DNA of 64,000 nucleotides from Toensbergia leucococca. Taxonomy: Eukaryota. Both the position numbers and the translations under genes were made by a program. Below the pieces are notes generated by a model. It was not told where the DNA came from. It saw nothing but the letters and a program-made list of their open reading frames with translations, and searched no databases. The stretch's first letter is position 1. Each line of letters starts with the position of its first letter. Below, piece by piece: positions 11,542 to 24,458 of the stretch. Where the stretch lies: NCBI GenBank assembly GCA_022813965.1, contig JALDZS010000003.1:124001-188000 (forward strand). Direction: 5' to 3'.

Positions 11542-13681
11542 ATGTTGATTGCCCTGGGCAGAAGTCGTTCATCTCTTCGGACCAACTCGACAAAGCTTCT
11601 TTCTACCAAGGTAGGGAGATGACCAACTCTCAGTTCAACATAGCCTACTGAACTTTATCTTAGGTCTTTGCAATGGCACCAAGCGCGCGAAGAAACAACT
11701 CCTCTGCGTTACCTGCAGGTTTGTCACAATATTACCAGTCCCACTGCCCAAAGCTAATCACCTGCATATCAGGATATCGAGAAGACAGTTCAAAAAGCCC
11801 AATGCTAAGATTCGAAGACTCTCTACCCCGACTCCCGGTGCCTACCCTAGAAGAAACCTCGAAAAGATACCTAAAGTCCGTTCACGCTCTACTCACCAAG
11901 TCCGAGTTCGAGGGTACATTAAAGGCTGTTGAGGATTTCGTTAAGCCTGGGAGTATTGGGCAAGAACTCCAGAAGAGGCTAGAAGCCCGTCGTGAAGACT
12001 CGAAGCATAGGAATTGGATCTACGAATGGTGGAATGATGCTGCATATCTCACATACCGGGACCCCGTCATTCCATACGTCAGCTACTTCTACTCCCATCG
12101 CGATGACAGGAGAAGGCGAAACCCCGCCAAGCGGGCGGCTGCCTTGACGAGTGCAGTTCTTGAATTCAAAAAGCAAGTGGACGACGGGACGCTGGAGCCT
12201 GAGTACATGAGAAAGCTCCCAATGAGCATGGAGTCCTACCAGTGGATGTTCAATACTTGCCGTATTCCAGCCAAGTCAGCAGATCACCCCATCAAATATG
12301 ACCCTGCCGCGAACAAACATATTATAGTAATCCGAAAGAATCAGTTCTTCAAAGTCATGCACGAACATGGCGGCAAGCAGCTCAATACCTCTGAACTTGA
12401 GAAACAGTTTCGACGTATCCTCCAGAAAGCCGAAAATGCCCCTGGGGTCGGCATCTTAACCACCGAGAATCGCGACGTTTGGTTATCTGCCCGTGCTGCC
12501 CTTCTCTCCGCCCATCCCTCCAATGCCACAGCCCTCCAAACGATTGAATCCTCCTCCTTCATTGTCTGCCTCGACGACGCTTCCCCAGTCACTCTTGAAG
12601 AACGCGCGCACCAATACTGGCATGGTGACGGCAGTAACCGCTGGTTCGACAAGCCCCTGCAATTCATCGTCAACGACAACGGTACCTCGGGGTTCTTGGG
12701 CGAACACAGCATGATGGACGGCACGCCAACCCACCGCTTGAACGACTACGCAAACATGCTCATTTTCACCAACAAGCTCGACTTCTCAGACCCCACCATT
12801 CGCTCAAACCTCCCGGAACCTCTACCCATCCATTTCCGCCTCAACAGCGCCGTCAAGGAGGAAATCCAACGCGCGACCACCGACTTCGAAAACCTCCTCG
12901 GCCAGCACGAACTACGCGTACAAGCCTACCAAGGCTATGGTAAAGGTTTGATCAAAAAATTTAAAACCTCACCCGACGCCTTCGTCCAACTCATCATTCA
13001 GCTCGCCTACCACAAAATGTACGGTATCAACCGCCCCACATACGAATCCGCTACCACGCGGCGCTTCCAACAAGGCCGCACCGAAAGCTGCCGCAGTGTC
13101 AGCGACCAGAGCGTAGCCTTCTGCTCGGCCATGGCTGACCCGGAAATTCCACCCGAGGAATGTGTCAGTCTTTTCCGTGCAGCGGCAAACGCGCACGTGG
13201 CGTATATTACTGATGCGGGCGAAGGAAAAGGCGTCGATAGGCACTTATTCGGGTTGAAGAAGTGTTTGAAGGAGGGAGAGGAGATGCCGGAGATCTTCAA
13301 GGACCCGGCGTTTGCGTACAGCTCGACTTGGTATCTGAGTACGAGCCAGTTGAGCAGTGAGTTTTTCAACGGGTACGGGTGGAGCCAGGTTGTGGATGAG
13401 GGGTTTGGGATTGCGTACATGATCAATGAGAATAGGTATGTTTGATTGTCCGGCCTTTTTGGCTTCTTGGGGGTTTTGCCCCTTTCTGCTTTCTTTATTT
13501 TTTTCGTTCTCTGTTCTTTTATATGGAATTAAGCTAACGTTCCGATGTGTGTAGCATTCAATTCAACATCGTCAGCAAAGGCCTCGGCAGCGAGCGAATG
13601 TCGTTTTATCTCAACGAAGCGGCGGGTGATCTGAGAGACTTGCTGCTGCCGACTATGGATGCGCCCAAGGCAAATTTGTAG
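11542..13681 (+). CDS. CAT2: Carnitine O-acetyltransferase, mitochondrial/peroxisomal (Cat2/AcuJ type)
   Basis: Exons 11542-11610, 11664-11718, 11773-13435, 13555-13681; second in-frame ATG at 11673. Motifs LPRLPVPTLEET, NRWFDKPLQ, catalytic EHSMMDG, TYESATTRRFQQGRTE, GVDRHLFGL, LSTSQ. Ends KANL*. Confidence 0.95.
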
Positions 13682-14410
13682 GTCTTTTCTTCGGGTGCTG
13701 GGGAGATGGGGTGTGTGGATCGAAGGGGACGGAGGCGAGCGCATGGAGGTTTGGGTTGGTTGAGAGAATAGGTTGATTGGGATGGATGGGTGGCAGGGTT
13801 ATGGTTGATTACCGTGGCGGAACCTTTGAACTAGATTTACCTATCATTATGACCATTGCACGACTATCGTTATTGAGGATAAGATTCACTTGGTGATATG
13901 ATCTGCTAATTTTTTCGACCTCTTTCTAGTGTGCTAGCTTGCTTCTTCCTCCCATTGCCCTTCTGTATTTCCTCCCCTGGCAATTCCTCAACCTCCAAGG
14001 ATTCCTTCATCCTCGAGCCCTTCCCTCCTTCTCGAAGCGTTTCCGTATTCTTCCACTCTCCCATCCTGTCCTCCCCCTTTGCGCCCACGGCGGTTTTCCA
14101 AATTGGCATGGGGCGAAGTTGCGCTCCTCATGGCCTCAGATAGACAGAGCGCTAGATGTGGATGTAGAATTGTTCGCTTTGTGCGTTTTGTTCAAGGCCA
14201 GAATGCCGAGAAATTATATTTGGTGGAGGAAGTCTCTGAAAACGGAGTGGATAATGTGACAGTAGCTTTTAAGATAATAATTGAAATTTTTTCATGCTTC
14301 GTTACCGACATAATTCGTTGAGAATTTGCCAAGGGCGTTAAGAGTAAGTTCAAGACATCGATTTGGAAATTGTGACGCTTTGCTCTTTTTGATTGGCAAT
14401 GATGGATAGA

Positions 14411-15841
14411 TCAATCTGCCATTAAGATGTCCCTTTCCAGTTCAGTATGGCTGTTGATCTGCTGCTTGAGATTGGTCCGCAAAGGATTATGATCTACTTG
14501 GTGTTTCACATATTGACCAGCTTTAGCTTCCGAATCCTCCATATCACCGTTCCAGCCACCGGACATGTATTGAGAGGTCGCCCCGGTTAACTTCTTCATT
14601 TCTGCGTCGTTGTTGGCAGAGCATCGATGGAAAACCATAGTATCTAGGACTAGAGTGTCTCGCATCCGATCTAGAGCTGAAATCCAGCTCCCTCGGTACA
14701 GTGCTATATTGTCAAGGTACAGATGTTTCAAGCTATCGGCGTGCATGCCCAAGAAAGCCAGTAATTCATACTCTGTGGCATCTAAGGCCTTGAGGCTGAG
14801 TCTTTGCAGATGCCCGAATCGCATCTTCCCAAGTGACATTGGAAATGGTGTCTCATTATATACAGGGAAGAGAGAGATGAAGTCGATCGTAAGGTCTTCC
14901 AAGAGAGGCATGCTGTAGAGTATTCGGCCAATGACATACTGACGTCGATCTATCGTTTGTGCATCCAACTCGGCCGTTTCGTTGAAGGCCATGCTAAATT
15001 GCATAAAGTATTCTTCGCTAAATGACTTCTCAAGAGTGAATTTTCGAACATTCCTCAATGCAGGGTTGAGAGTCGTTGTCAACCCCTGGTGGACGATTTG
15101 ACCAAGCTCGTCAGTGACATGTTCGTCGCCACCCCAATTCGGGAACATTCTGAACGAGGTGACGTTGGTATCTGCAGCGGCAAGTGCTTGGAGCAGGACA
15201 GGGAGGACTCGGCGAGCCCAGAATCCATCCTGCCAGTACGAAATCTCTTCGTCCCACAGATGGCTAGCATGAGACTTGGGTACGTAGTCTTTGATCGAAA
15301 TCTCATGGACACTTGGGAGGTTTCTCAAGACCCGGGTAAGCATCTGACCGTCGAGATATTGATGCTTCGCCAGTCTTTCTCTGTCGTAAGCCCGACAATG
15401 TTGAGAATAGGTCTCGCCCAGCTCATAGGTAGACAAACTGTGGCCTCCACAATATTGTACGCTTTCCCTATCAAACAGACTCTTGAAGTTGTGTAGGTCC
15501 AGATGGTGGGGTACTGGGACAGTGATAGTATGCTTTGCTGCCAGGTTCCTCCACATTCGGACCAAGAATTCGCGAGCAGGGTATCGAGTAGGAGAGTTAG
15601 GTGTGACAGTTATTCGCTTCACATGCTGGCTGATGGTCGGGTGGCAGGAGATGTCGATGAGCTGGTGCAGCTGAGGGCTTTCAAGGCATACGTAGATGCC
15701 TTGAAACAGGCTAACGGCAGCGTTGGAGGCAAAGAGGTGACACACAAGTCGAGCATGTTTTAAGTCGTCAACAGCTAGATATCCGAAGGTATGCTGAAGT
15801 ATCTCCAAGGGGAGATGTTGGGTAAAAGAAGGTGGTCCCAT
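14411..15841 (-). CDS. F-box domain protein with LRR-like C-terminal region
   Basis: Single 476-aa ORF. N-terminal LPLEILQHTFGYLAVDDLKHARLVC F-box pattern; LEDLTI / LQRLSL / LKHLYL leucine-rich units. Confidence 0.82.
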   Translation of the reverse strand: MGPPSFTQHLPLEILQHTFGYLAVDDLKHARLVCHLFASNAAVSLFQGIYVCLESPQLHQLIDISCHPTISQHVKRITVTPNSPTRYPAREFLVRMWRNLAAKHTITVPVPHHLDLHNFKSLFDRESVQYCGGHSLSTYELGETYSQHCRAYDRERLAKHQYLDGQMLTRVLRNLPSVHEISIKDYVPKSHASHLWDEEISYWQDGFWARRVLPVLLQALAAADTNVTSFRMFPNWGGDEHVTDELGQIVHQGLTTTLNPALRNVRKFTLEKSFSEEYFMQFSMAFNETAELDAQTIDRRQYVIGRILYSMPLLEDLTIDFISLFPVYNETPFPMSLGKMRFGHLQRLSLKALDATEYELLAFLGMHADSLKHLYLDNIALYRGSWISALDRMRDTLVLDTMVFHRCSANNDAEMKKLTGATSQYMSGGWNGDMEDSEAKAGQYVKHQVDHNPLRTNLKQQINSHTELERDILMAD

Positions 15842-18558
15842 GGTGGTGGAAATTGAGCGCGGTGAATGAGTAATGGGAAAAATGGGTTGAAAGAGTGACA
15901 GGTGGGATTGATGAAGACGACGACATTTGGTCCATGATATACCTACTGCGGCCTTTTCCAGGCCTGCTCGCAGCGGTCAGCTCGCCACGACGATTCAAGT
16001 GCAACCTTATCTTGTAGTCTCGGTACTAGCACGGCGCGGGCGAACTGTCATGTTGTGTGTTGTGCAGTCATTTATGAGATAATCGGAATTCAGACAATTG
16101 GACCTTTGGGAGTTAACGGTAAGTGGGAATGCCCCTCACTGTGGAGTAGCGCCAGCCGAGATGCGATTGGTTCGCCAAGGCCACCTTCGGTCATTAGGGC
16201 TAGCTGCACAGAACACCAGCGTTACATGGCGAGCATGGAATGGCACATCCGGACAGCGAATTGACATCTATGTGCGACTACGGCCCTCGACCGACAGACC
16301 CCCGACAGACCCTGCATATCTGCTTCTGCATCCACTAAATCACGCGGCAATTGGATGTACCTTAAATGGACCTTGACCTTCAGCATTCCTCACTGCCTGG
16401 CCTGTGTCTATTCGTCAGATGAGTATGAGAACCGGCGACATTTTGTAGGCGAACACAGGCTTGCCTGCGAGCCTGTGACTTCTTGAAATCCCATTCCATG
16501 CCGCAGCTGATCACACATCTTGTCTTGTTCTCTGGTGTACTCTGTCATACTTCTGCAGTCATACGGATCGTTACTTGCAGTTCAAGTACACAAGACTTAC
16601 CAAGTACTCTCAGTATATATCCCAGCGTTGCATGGCCAAGGCGGTATCTATCCTACCCTGGACCGTGAGATCATCGTTCTGCAAGTTTTTCGCACATTTT
16701 AACCGATCCCGTATTCGATGAGGCCATTCTTACCCCTCATTGTGCCACTCCCTCGCTCACTGCTCACTCTTTGTTCCGTTACTTTTTTACACTTTTTTTG
16801 CTTTTTAATCTTCCATTTCTGCACAGAATACCGCGCTCCTGGATCTACTCTACAGCTCACTAAGATGCACGTGGATCGCGCGAAGGAAGTTCCCCAGAAA
16901 ATAGTCGTTCCCCGCAAATCCGCCAGAATGGATACCGGTTCTGATTCAGCGACGCTTAATCTCACTGCCGCGAGCATCTATCTGGCGGACACAGTGATGT
17001 TTATCAAATAGGGACCTACTTTGTTTGAAGCTGAAATTGTACAAAGCCCTCCACCACGATAGCGGAAAGTTCATTCAGCTTCAACGGAGTGGGATCCGGA
17101 GGCACGGGGCTGGCTCAGTCCTTACCGCCCCTTGCGCAGTGTGATTTTCTGTGGTTCCAACCCGCGACATGCATGCAGTAGCCTTGGAGGAAAACATCGG
17201 CAAATATCGGCAACCATCGGCATGACTATGGACAACCACCGGCAAGGCTATCCAGAACCAATCGACGCACAGTCTCGATGGTTGGATGTACTCCTCTCAT
17301 GAGATATTAGAATTGCTTTATTAATCTTCATTACGCTACTCGTGTCGATTAGAACCTTGTTCGATCATGTTATAATTCGTTTTCTTCGGTGCGGATGGCA
17401 TCCCGAGGACTGTTGAGGTATTTACTCCTACATAAATGTATCATCTAGTACATATGGAAGTATCTGTTGTCTCGAGACCATACCCACCCCACATCGAAAA
17501 CATTCAAAGGAGCCGGATATTTTTACATCGGAACGGCAGAGGCCTTACAAGTCATTGGAGTAGGGTCCTCGATAGCTACACTACCACCTCAGGATTCAGT
17601 TGGGTTGGGTCAAAGACCTATCATCTTACTTCAATGAAGCTTCACGCCTCGTTATCATAGCTACTGTCGTCACCATTACAACCTCACCCATTTGGAAAAC
17701 CTCATGCACGTGTGAGCAATCCTAACGCCAATCAGATTCATTGAAACGACCTTCTAGACCGCTGATCTTGAACGCCCCAAATTGTGCAGCATTGTTGTTT
17801 GCATTCCGTCAACACGTTCTCATCGGCATGTATCGGTCTCCTACGGTACAATTGATGCCAGCATGCATCCTCATACCTGAAAGCAGCTTCCAAACAGTCA
17901 AAATACTAGTGGTTGTTCTTGCTGGTTTTCCATATGTAGTAGTGGAGATGGAAAGGAAATGAAACATCAGAGTCTTATCACTCAACAATTTTTGGCCCAA
18001 CAAACAGTTTACGTGGCCTAGGCTGGGGCTGTCGATATTGCAACTAATATCACCGTAAATTTGAGCGACACGAATGAGGTTTTTATATTCAAGATCACGC
18101 TATCGTTTTGCTAGGTCTAGGCTCTAGAAGGGATGACATCTATGATTACTTGACTTTGCTATGCGTTGGAGTATCGTGAGGACGATACACGCACGAAGGT
18201 TGGAGTTGGGGGCCTAATGACTGGAGGTGAGTATTCTCAATCTAGTATTCCAGAAAATAAAAGAATGGTATTCTTTCTCTCTGTTTATTAAATCAGGTTT
18301 CATTTTGTTCGCACACCAATTTTACCTCCTACTGGAAAGGCTTTTGCAAGTATTTCCAAGAACCTCGTTGCCTCGTCTGATACAAGTGACCCACGACTTC
18401 CAAGCCCTTATTGATACCTAGTTTTCAGCCGAGGATTTCTTTGTGGCGCCTCGTTATGGCTCTGACTGCGATGACATAGAAGTTTGAGCTAGGTCAACAT
18501 CGTTCTAGACCCTGAAATCAATCGTACCTACCTTACCTAAGGTACCTTACCTATCTGC

Positions 18559-18866
18559 ATGAGACCCCGCTAGATTTTTCCTACTTCAGGAAAGGTCGTG
18601 AACGCAAACACACAAAATTTCACAGCCTTATATCCAAATTTGGTCCCGATATCTTTGTTTTGAACTTTTTCTTCATAGTCTTTAAGTATGGCCGCTCCTT
18701 ACAGGCAGCTAGTAATTTGACTCAATTCAGTATGATCTCACTTGACTTGAGCCAACTTTAAGGAGGCGTTATCTTTTACTCGATTGATAAAGCTTCTCAG
18801 CAGTAACAAGCAGTATTCAAGGATTTCTATGAGAAAACCGGCAAAAAATCCGGTTGGTAGTCTCAT
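18559..18866. mobile_element. Possible degenerate MITE-like element (imperfect terminal inverted repeats)
   Basis: Left end atgagaccccgctagatttttcc versus reverse complement of right end atgagactaccaaccggattttttgcc, with weaker complementarity further inward. AT-rich, non-coding interior. No clear target-site duplication. Confidence 0.25.
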
Positions 18867-19841
18867 TCGTCTCACCCATATCTGGACATATATCAACGGC
18901 TCAACAATGCTTAGGTAGGTACCAATGCATTACAATACACTGAACCTGAAGCATGTCCTTCAATATTCCATGAGTTGGCATCCGTTTATCCAAAATTGCT
19001 AAACCCCATGCATAGAATAATTCCATGGTAGAAACAATTAGGATGGCTCACTTTCTATTCATCACATGTGGCTCTCATCTGATATCTAAGCCTCAAGAAA
19101 CTGATAATTGAGCTTGAAGTCGACGTTTGTTACGTGCAATGGACAGATGCAGCAGATGACGACCTCAAATATGCTTCCAAGCCACCGAATCTAATTGATA
19201 TCATTTGGCCGGAGCTGGTACAGCCTAATCAACTGCCGCACGGCCCGCATCATATCAATTTTTTGATGATGAGAGGATTCTCAATGTTTTCACCTATTAA
19301 ATATCGAATAATGAATATTAAAGTATGAAGTATGGGGTCAACATCACATCATGGATTTACTCGAGTGGTCAAGAAATGGTTGCAATTCATGAACATGTTT
19401 GAGCACGGGTGCGTATGTTTCAGTATTCTATGAGCATTCTCCGATGTTCAAGGGGACAAGGCTAGAGCACCTCATGGAGTACCTAAATTAGCTAGTACGA
19501 GTACTCGTATGACGAAAGGTAACCTCGATGTGTCGTGGTCAACTGGTCATGCGCTTCCACTGCTACTACTTCATGTTCCAGCTTGCAACCTACCTTACCC
19601 ATTGGTGCAGCCCGCTATCACCCGATGCATCGATGCATGCACATTATGAAGTCTTTCACAAAGCCAGCATAACCGACCACATACCGCTAGAACACGAATA
19701 CTTAATCCCCTCATTGCCAACTGCCAACATGGACAACATGCTCCACCGCCACAATAATGCAAACCACCCTATTACTCCGAGAGATCCCGATCCTCATCTG
19801 CACCATCCCAACGACTAGAACCTCCGGTACACTATCATACA

Positions 19842-22471
19842 ATGCCTATTTCTCAAGATCCTGATCTATACTTGTCAGCAGCCTCTCCGGCCTCGGAGTC
19901 TGCTGACAATTCTACTATGATGCGAAGGTTGTCGGAAGAGAGCATACGAACTGAGCTCTGCGATGGACCGCTACCTGATATCCCAATGGGCAGCATGTCT
20001 CCGGAAGAAGGCAGTTTAGCTAGCAAGCATACCAAGGGAGAACATATACATGATCGTACCGAACTGATTGAAAGAATCAAGCGGGGAGAAAGTCCTACCT
20101 GGGTGTCAAATCGAGCGGTACGTAAGAAATTGTTATCATTCAAGCTAGACCCTTGCTTCTCTCTATAATTTTGACTCGTGCAATTGAGAGGAGCAATTCA
20201 GCAATTCATGGTGAGGTCAGATAAGTCGATACGTCTAATGGTTATCTTCGAGATTCGTCCCTTAGTCAATGATCAAATCGAATGATGGCTAATCCAACTT
20301 GCTCTTCATAGCTTGAAAAGTACCTGAACGTATCTGACAGCCTCCTTCAAACCGAAGAATCAAACACAGACTCAAGGAAATCATCTCCGCTTCTTCCTGC
20401 TGCTGAGTTAAAAGATGCCTCACGATTGGGCGACAATTCATTGCAAAGTAGGGTGGGTCAGCAGTCAGAAATACAAAGACCGAGGTCTGCTTTGCATGCT
20501 GGGGACTTTACAGAGGACTCGGAGGCGGCGAGAGATCGAATTCAGGACTCCCCGTGTGATTCCCTCCACAAGTCAAGTCGCTCTTTCAATGGGTTGCTGG
20601 GTACGTCACCAACGACTTCTTGGTACACGCCGTCCATTCCTGCGTCACGTCGTCTTCAGTACAGTCCGCAGCTTGTCTCTGCAGATTCCCCTTTAGCTCC
20701 GTTGGATCGAAGGTCGACTAGGAATCGAGCACCATCACTAAGTTCCTTTTCATCAAGTTATATACTCACGGCTCCAACCAGTCCTTTAGTACAGCAGTAC
20801 AACAACACTGATATCGACTTCTCGTTCGGAGATTACCCAGGCAGTCCGGGAAAAAGTAATCGACGTCATACTCTTCCACCTCACGCCTTGCAGTCTTTGC
20901 CCAGATGGCCAACAATGTCTCAAGCCGCTCGGCAACCACAGTCATTACACAGAGAAGGCAGCTTCCCATACCATACACATCAACGTCGGAGGTCTTCTAT
21001 ATCGAGTCGGTCGTTACAAATTTCCTCTTCCCCTCAAAGTCCTGCATACTCCCGGTCCCGAGGGCTTTCTTACTCCTCTGAGGCTTCTCCACTACAGAAC
21101 TCGTCTATGGTAGGCTCATACGAAGAGTCTATACTTCGTGGTAGAATGTCAACAGCCCCATCAATACCTCTAGACTTCACCGCTCAAATAGGTGCACTGG
21201 GAAAAGGAAACTGCAAACCGAAACATCCAGCTCACGTGACCGTTCCATTTCCTGCGGTATTCTACTCTTGGAACGGTGCTACCGGCGGGGCTCAGTCTGT
21301 TAGAGACGACGAACCCAGCCCGTATGTAGGGCATATTGACCTTGAGCATTCTCTACCACCTGCAGAGCCAAAAGATAGCCGACGAGAAAGAAATCAAGGC
21401 TTTAATCTTGACAATTTGAATGACAACGGTTTTATTGCTGCTCAGGAGCATGGCCGTAACGATATTACTATCGGATGGGGTAAAAGTGAAAAGCGAAAAA
21501 GGACGGCCCCTTCACCTAAAGCTCCGCTTGGAGGAAGTTACCGAATCCCGCAACAAGGTCAATTACAGATCATAATCAAGAACCCGAACAAGACAGCAGT
21601 GAAACTTTTCTTGGTACCATACGATCTAGAAGGCATGGAAATGGGCACAAAGACATTCATTCGCCAACGCTGCTACTCGGCAGGGCCCATGGTCGATAAG
21701 CCTATGATGACGTCTGCTACCTCGGAATCTAGATCCAATCCAGCTTGGCAAGACAAGCAGAGGAAGCCAGCCCTCCGTTATTTGGTCCACTTGAATATTT
21801 GCAGCCCTTCCAAAGGACGTTTCTACCTCTATCACCAAATCCGAGTCGTCTTTGCCAATAGAGTCCCCGACAACGTGGAAACCCTCCAAACAGAGATACA
21901 GCTACCAGAACCCCGATACAGCCCCTGGAGGGACGATAGAGAATCTCCTATGGATGCTAAACATACAACGGCAAGCTCCTTTAGCCGTCGAGACTCCGAA
22001 TTCGGCCTGACCTTAAGCAACTTTGACATCCCAGACGATGGTCCCCCCAAGCCCTTCCACACCGGCTTCAAGTTTCCTTTCCAACACGGCTCTCCTACTC
22101 CCCCTATCCCTGCCGTTCCGTTCAATCCTTTCAGCTCTCCAAGCCTTTCTCCTGAACTCTTCCGCAACCCCGAGACTACCGACACCTCTCGTCCAACCAC
22201 CTCCTCTTCGGGCCTACATTCTCCCCTGAGCGACAAGGCCACCCGTCTCGCTACCAATAATAATAACAATAACAACGGCCGTCCGATGTCCTTCCACAGC
22301 GTCTCCAGCCACAGCAGCGACAGCTACAGTAAGCTCAGCAAAGGTGATGCAGGCTATGGTGGCACGTTCGGAAGGCCGGATACGCCTGAGCAGGGCGAGG
22401 GGCTGCTGGCGAGGAAATTGAAGGCTCTAGGCGTGCAGCTGGAGGCGGGGCTTGGGGAATTTGCGGCGTGA
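19842..22471 (+). CDS. DUF4210 / FAM214 (Atos-like, SPAC3H8.04-like) protein
   Basis: Exons 19842-20117 and 20312-22471, in frame with the 681-aa ORF. Motifs MVGSYEESILRGRMS, DFTAQIGALG, PSPYVGHIDL, YRIPQQGQLQIIIKNPNKTAVKLFLVPYDL..M..GTKTFIRQR, LRYLVHL, IRVVFANR. Confidence 0.88.
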
Positions 22472-22839
22472 GGGGGGTGTTTTGTTTTTGTTTCTGTTTT
22501 GAGGTGGGTAGGATTTTATTAGGGGTGTTTTTGGAGGATTATAGATGGGGTCTTCGATATCAATGGCGCTTTATTTCTTCTTGGGTACATTGGTGCTTGC
22601 CTTGCCTTGTGATTAGAGGGTATAGCGTGGGTTGTTTGATTCTAGGGATTAGATGGAGGTGTTTTTTTGTTTTTTTCGCATGGTGTCTTGCTGATCGGTG
22701 GAGGGACGCCGTGGAGCAAGTATTGTTATTTATTCTTACTCGGTGTTTTCGTCGATATGAAGCCTCGGAAATATTGAACATTGAATGCTTGCTTAGTATC
22801 TAGATAAAACCTTACTCTTTCTAGGATCTCAATCTTCAG

Positions 22840-24260
22840 CTACTCTGTCAAGTGTTTTCTTTTGTTTTTCCCCCCCTTCTATTAGACAATCTTTTTCTAC
22901 ATGGTGGAGATTTTGTATCTTTTTTAGGTTTTTCTTTTTTCTTTTTTTGGGCTTGGTGGATTATTCTTTTGCTTCTTTTACTTCTTCTTCTTCTTCTTCT
23001 TTTTTTTTTTTTTGGGTCTTGTTCTTTCGTGGGTTTATGATGAGTAATTGATTACATTTTTTTTTTCATTCTTTGTAGAAAGAATGTTTGAGTTTTCATC
23101 TCAATGCCTTTCTACCTTCCCCCTTCTCTGATCATCATGAAATAAGATCTTTTTCTTCTCTTCTCTCTTTTTCAACTCCCCCCCCGGCTCTCTCAACATT
23201 CACCCCCCTCACCCTGAGCCCTCAGTCTCTCTTCCTCAATCAAAAAAACATCCCTCCTCTCTAAATTCCCATAGATGTAGATTTTGTAAAAAAATGTGTC
23301 ATTCAAACACATTTTCTTTTTTTGTTTGAGCTGAGGTCTCTTTTTTTTTGTGGGGGGGGGGGGGAATGGGGATGAGAAAGAGAATGAAGATGAAAGATGA
23401 AAGATGAAGATGAGGTATTGATAAGACGAGGGCTTTAAGAAGTGAGAATTGTCTGATGGTTTTTTTGGGTGATTGAGTTTTTGAGACTCCACGGGGGCGT
23501 TGACATGATTATGAGCTTGCCTTTTCTATTTCTGTCTATTTCTCAGATTTTTTTTGAAAAGGATAATGGGAAGTGCAGTGACGGGCTGAAGTACAGATGA
23601 TTGGTTGTGATCTTGTATCTCAAATCATACCGCATGTATTCCTATCATATTTTACATGTTTTAATTCTATATACTCTAGCAGAGACTCAGTTCCACACCC
23701 CCCCTTTTCTCGAAATTCAACCCCACTTCCCCCAAAACCCCTTCCCTTCACTCCACGACCCAACACCCACCCCACCCCACCCCAAGCACTCACCCACCTC
23801 CTTCCCCCTCCCCCTCCCAACAAAACATCTAACCCACCAACTCCACAAATCCAAAACCCTTCAATCATAATCCACACAAACATCATCATATTATCATATC
23901 ATTCCATCACACACACGCACAAAAAGAAACCATAGAAAACGAAAAGGGGGATTTGTCATATTGATTGGTGGGTGGGACGTAGATTCCTAAGCTCAACTTT
24001 TCACAGATGATGATGATGAGACATCATTGCAGGGGATGCAACTTTTACAAGGAGGGGGAGGGATGGATTTGGGGTTTAGGGTTTTTTGAGGTGGGTGAGG
24101 GGGTGATGGGGGCGGGTGGTGGGAAAGGGAAGGGATGGAGAGGACTGAGACAGAGGAGGAGAGATAAGGGAATTAGGAAAGTATGGGAGAAGATTGAGAG
24201 TCGGAGGGAACGAAGATGCGAAGGAGGTGTCTGGGGGATTGTGCCACGGTAGTAGAGGAA
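22840..24260. repeat. Low-complexity intergenic tract between convergent genes
   Basis: (CTT)6 followed by a T run at 22981-23013, long T and G runs near 23340-23365, a C/A-rich block at ~23690-23930 and a G/A-rich block at ~24050-24250. Confidence 0.8.
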
Positions 24261-24458
24261 CGCACGCCAAAGAATCCTGCTAGCAGGTTCAAGGGAAGTT
24301 TTTGGAGCAGGTGCAAATGAGCAAAATGCATCTATGCATTATTTTTTTCTACAGGTGGGAAAATGGGCGTGTCTACACTTCCTTTCATATGTGTTCATTT
24401 AGCTCCACTAAGGTCATGCAATACACAACGCTACGACTCGTCTCTGGCTTCAACAATC

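Noticed and set aside
20118..20311. Stwintron in the DUF4210 intron (overlapping donors GTAC-GTAAGA)
   Set aside because: No internal YAG is followed by bases that rebuild a donor, and the alternative acceptor leads to stops.
22468..24270. Hydrophobic, Pro-rich or Gly-rich ORFs in the spacer
   Set aside because: Products of low-complexity skewed sequence with no protein-like pattern.
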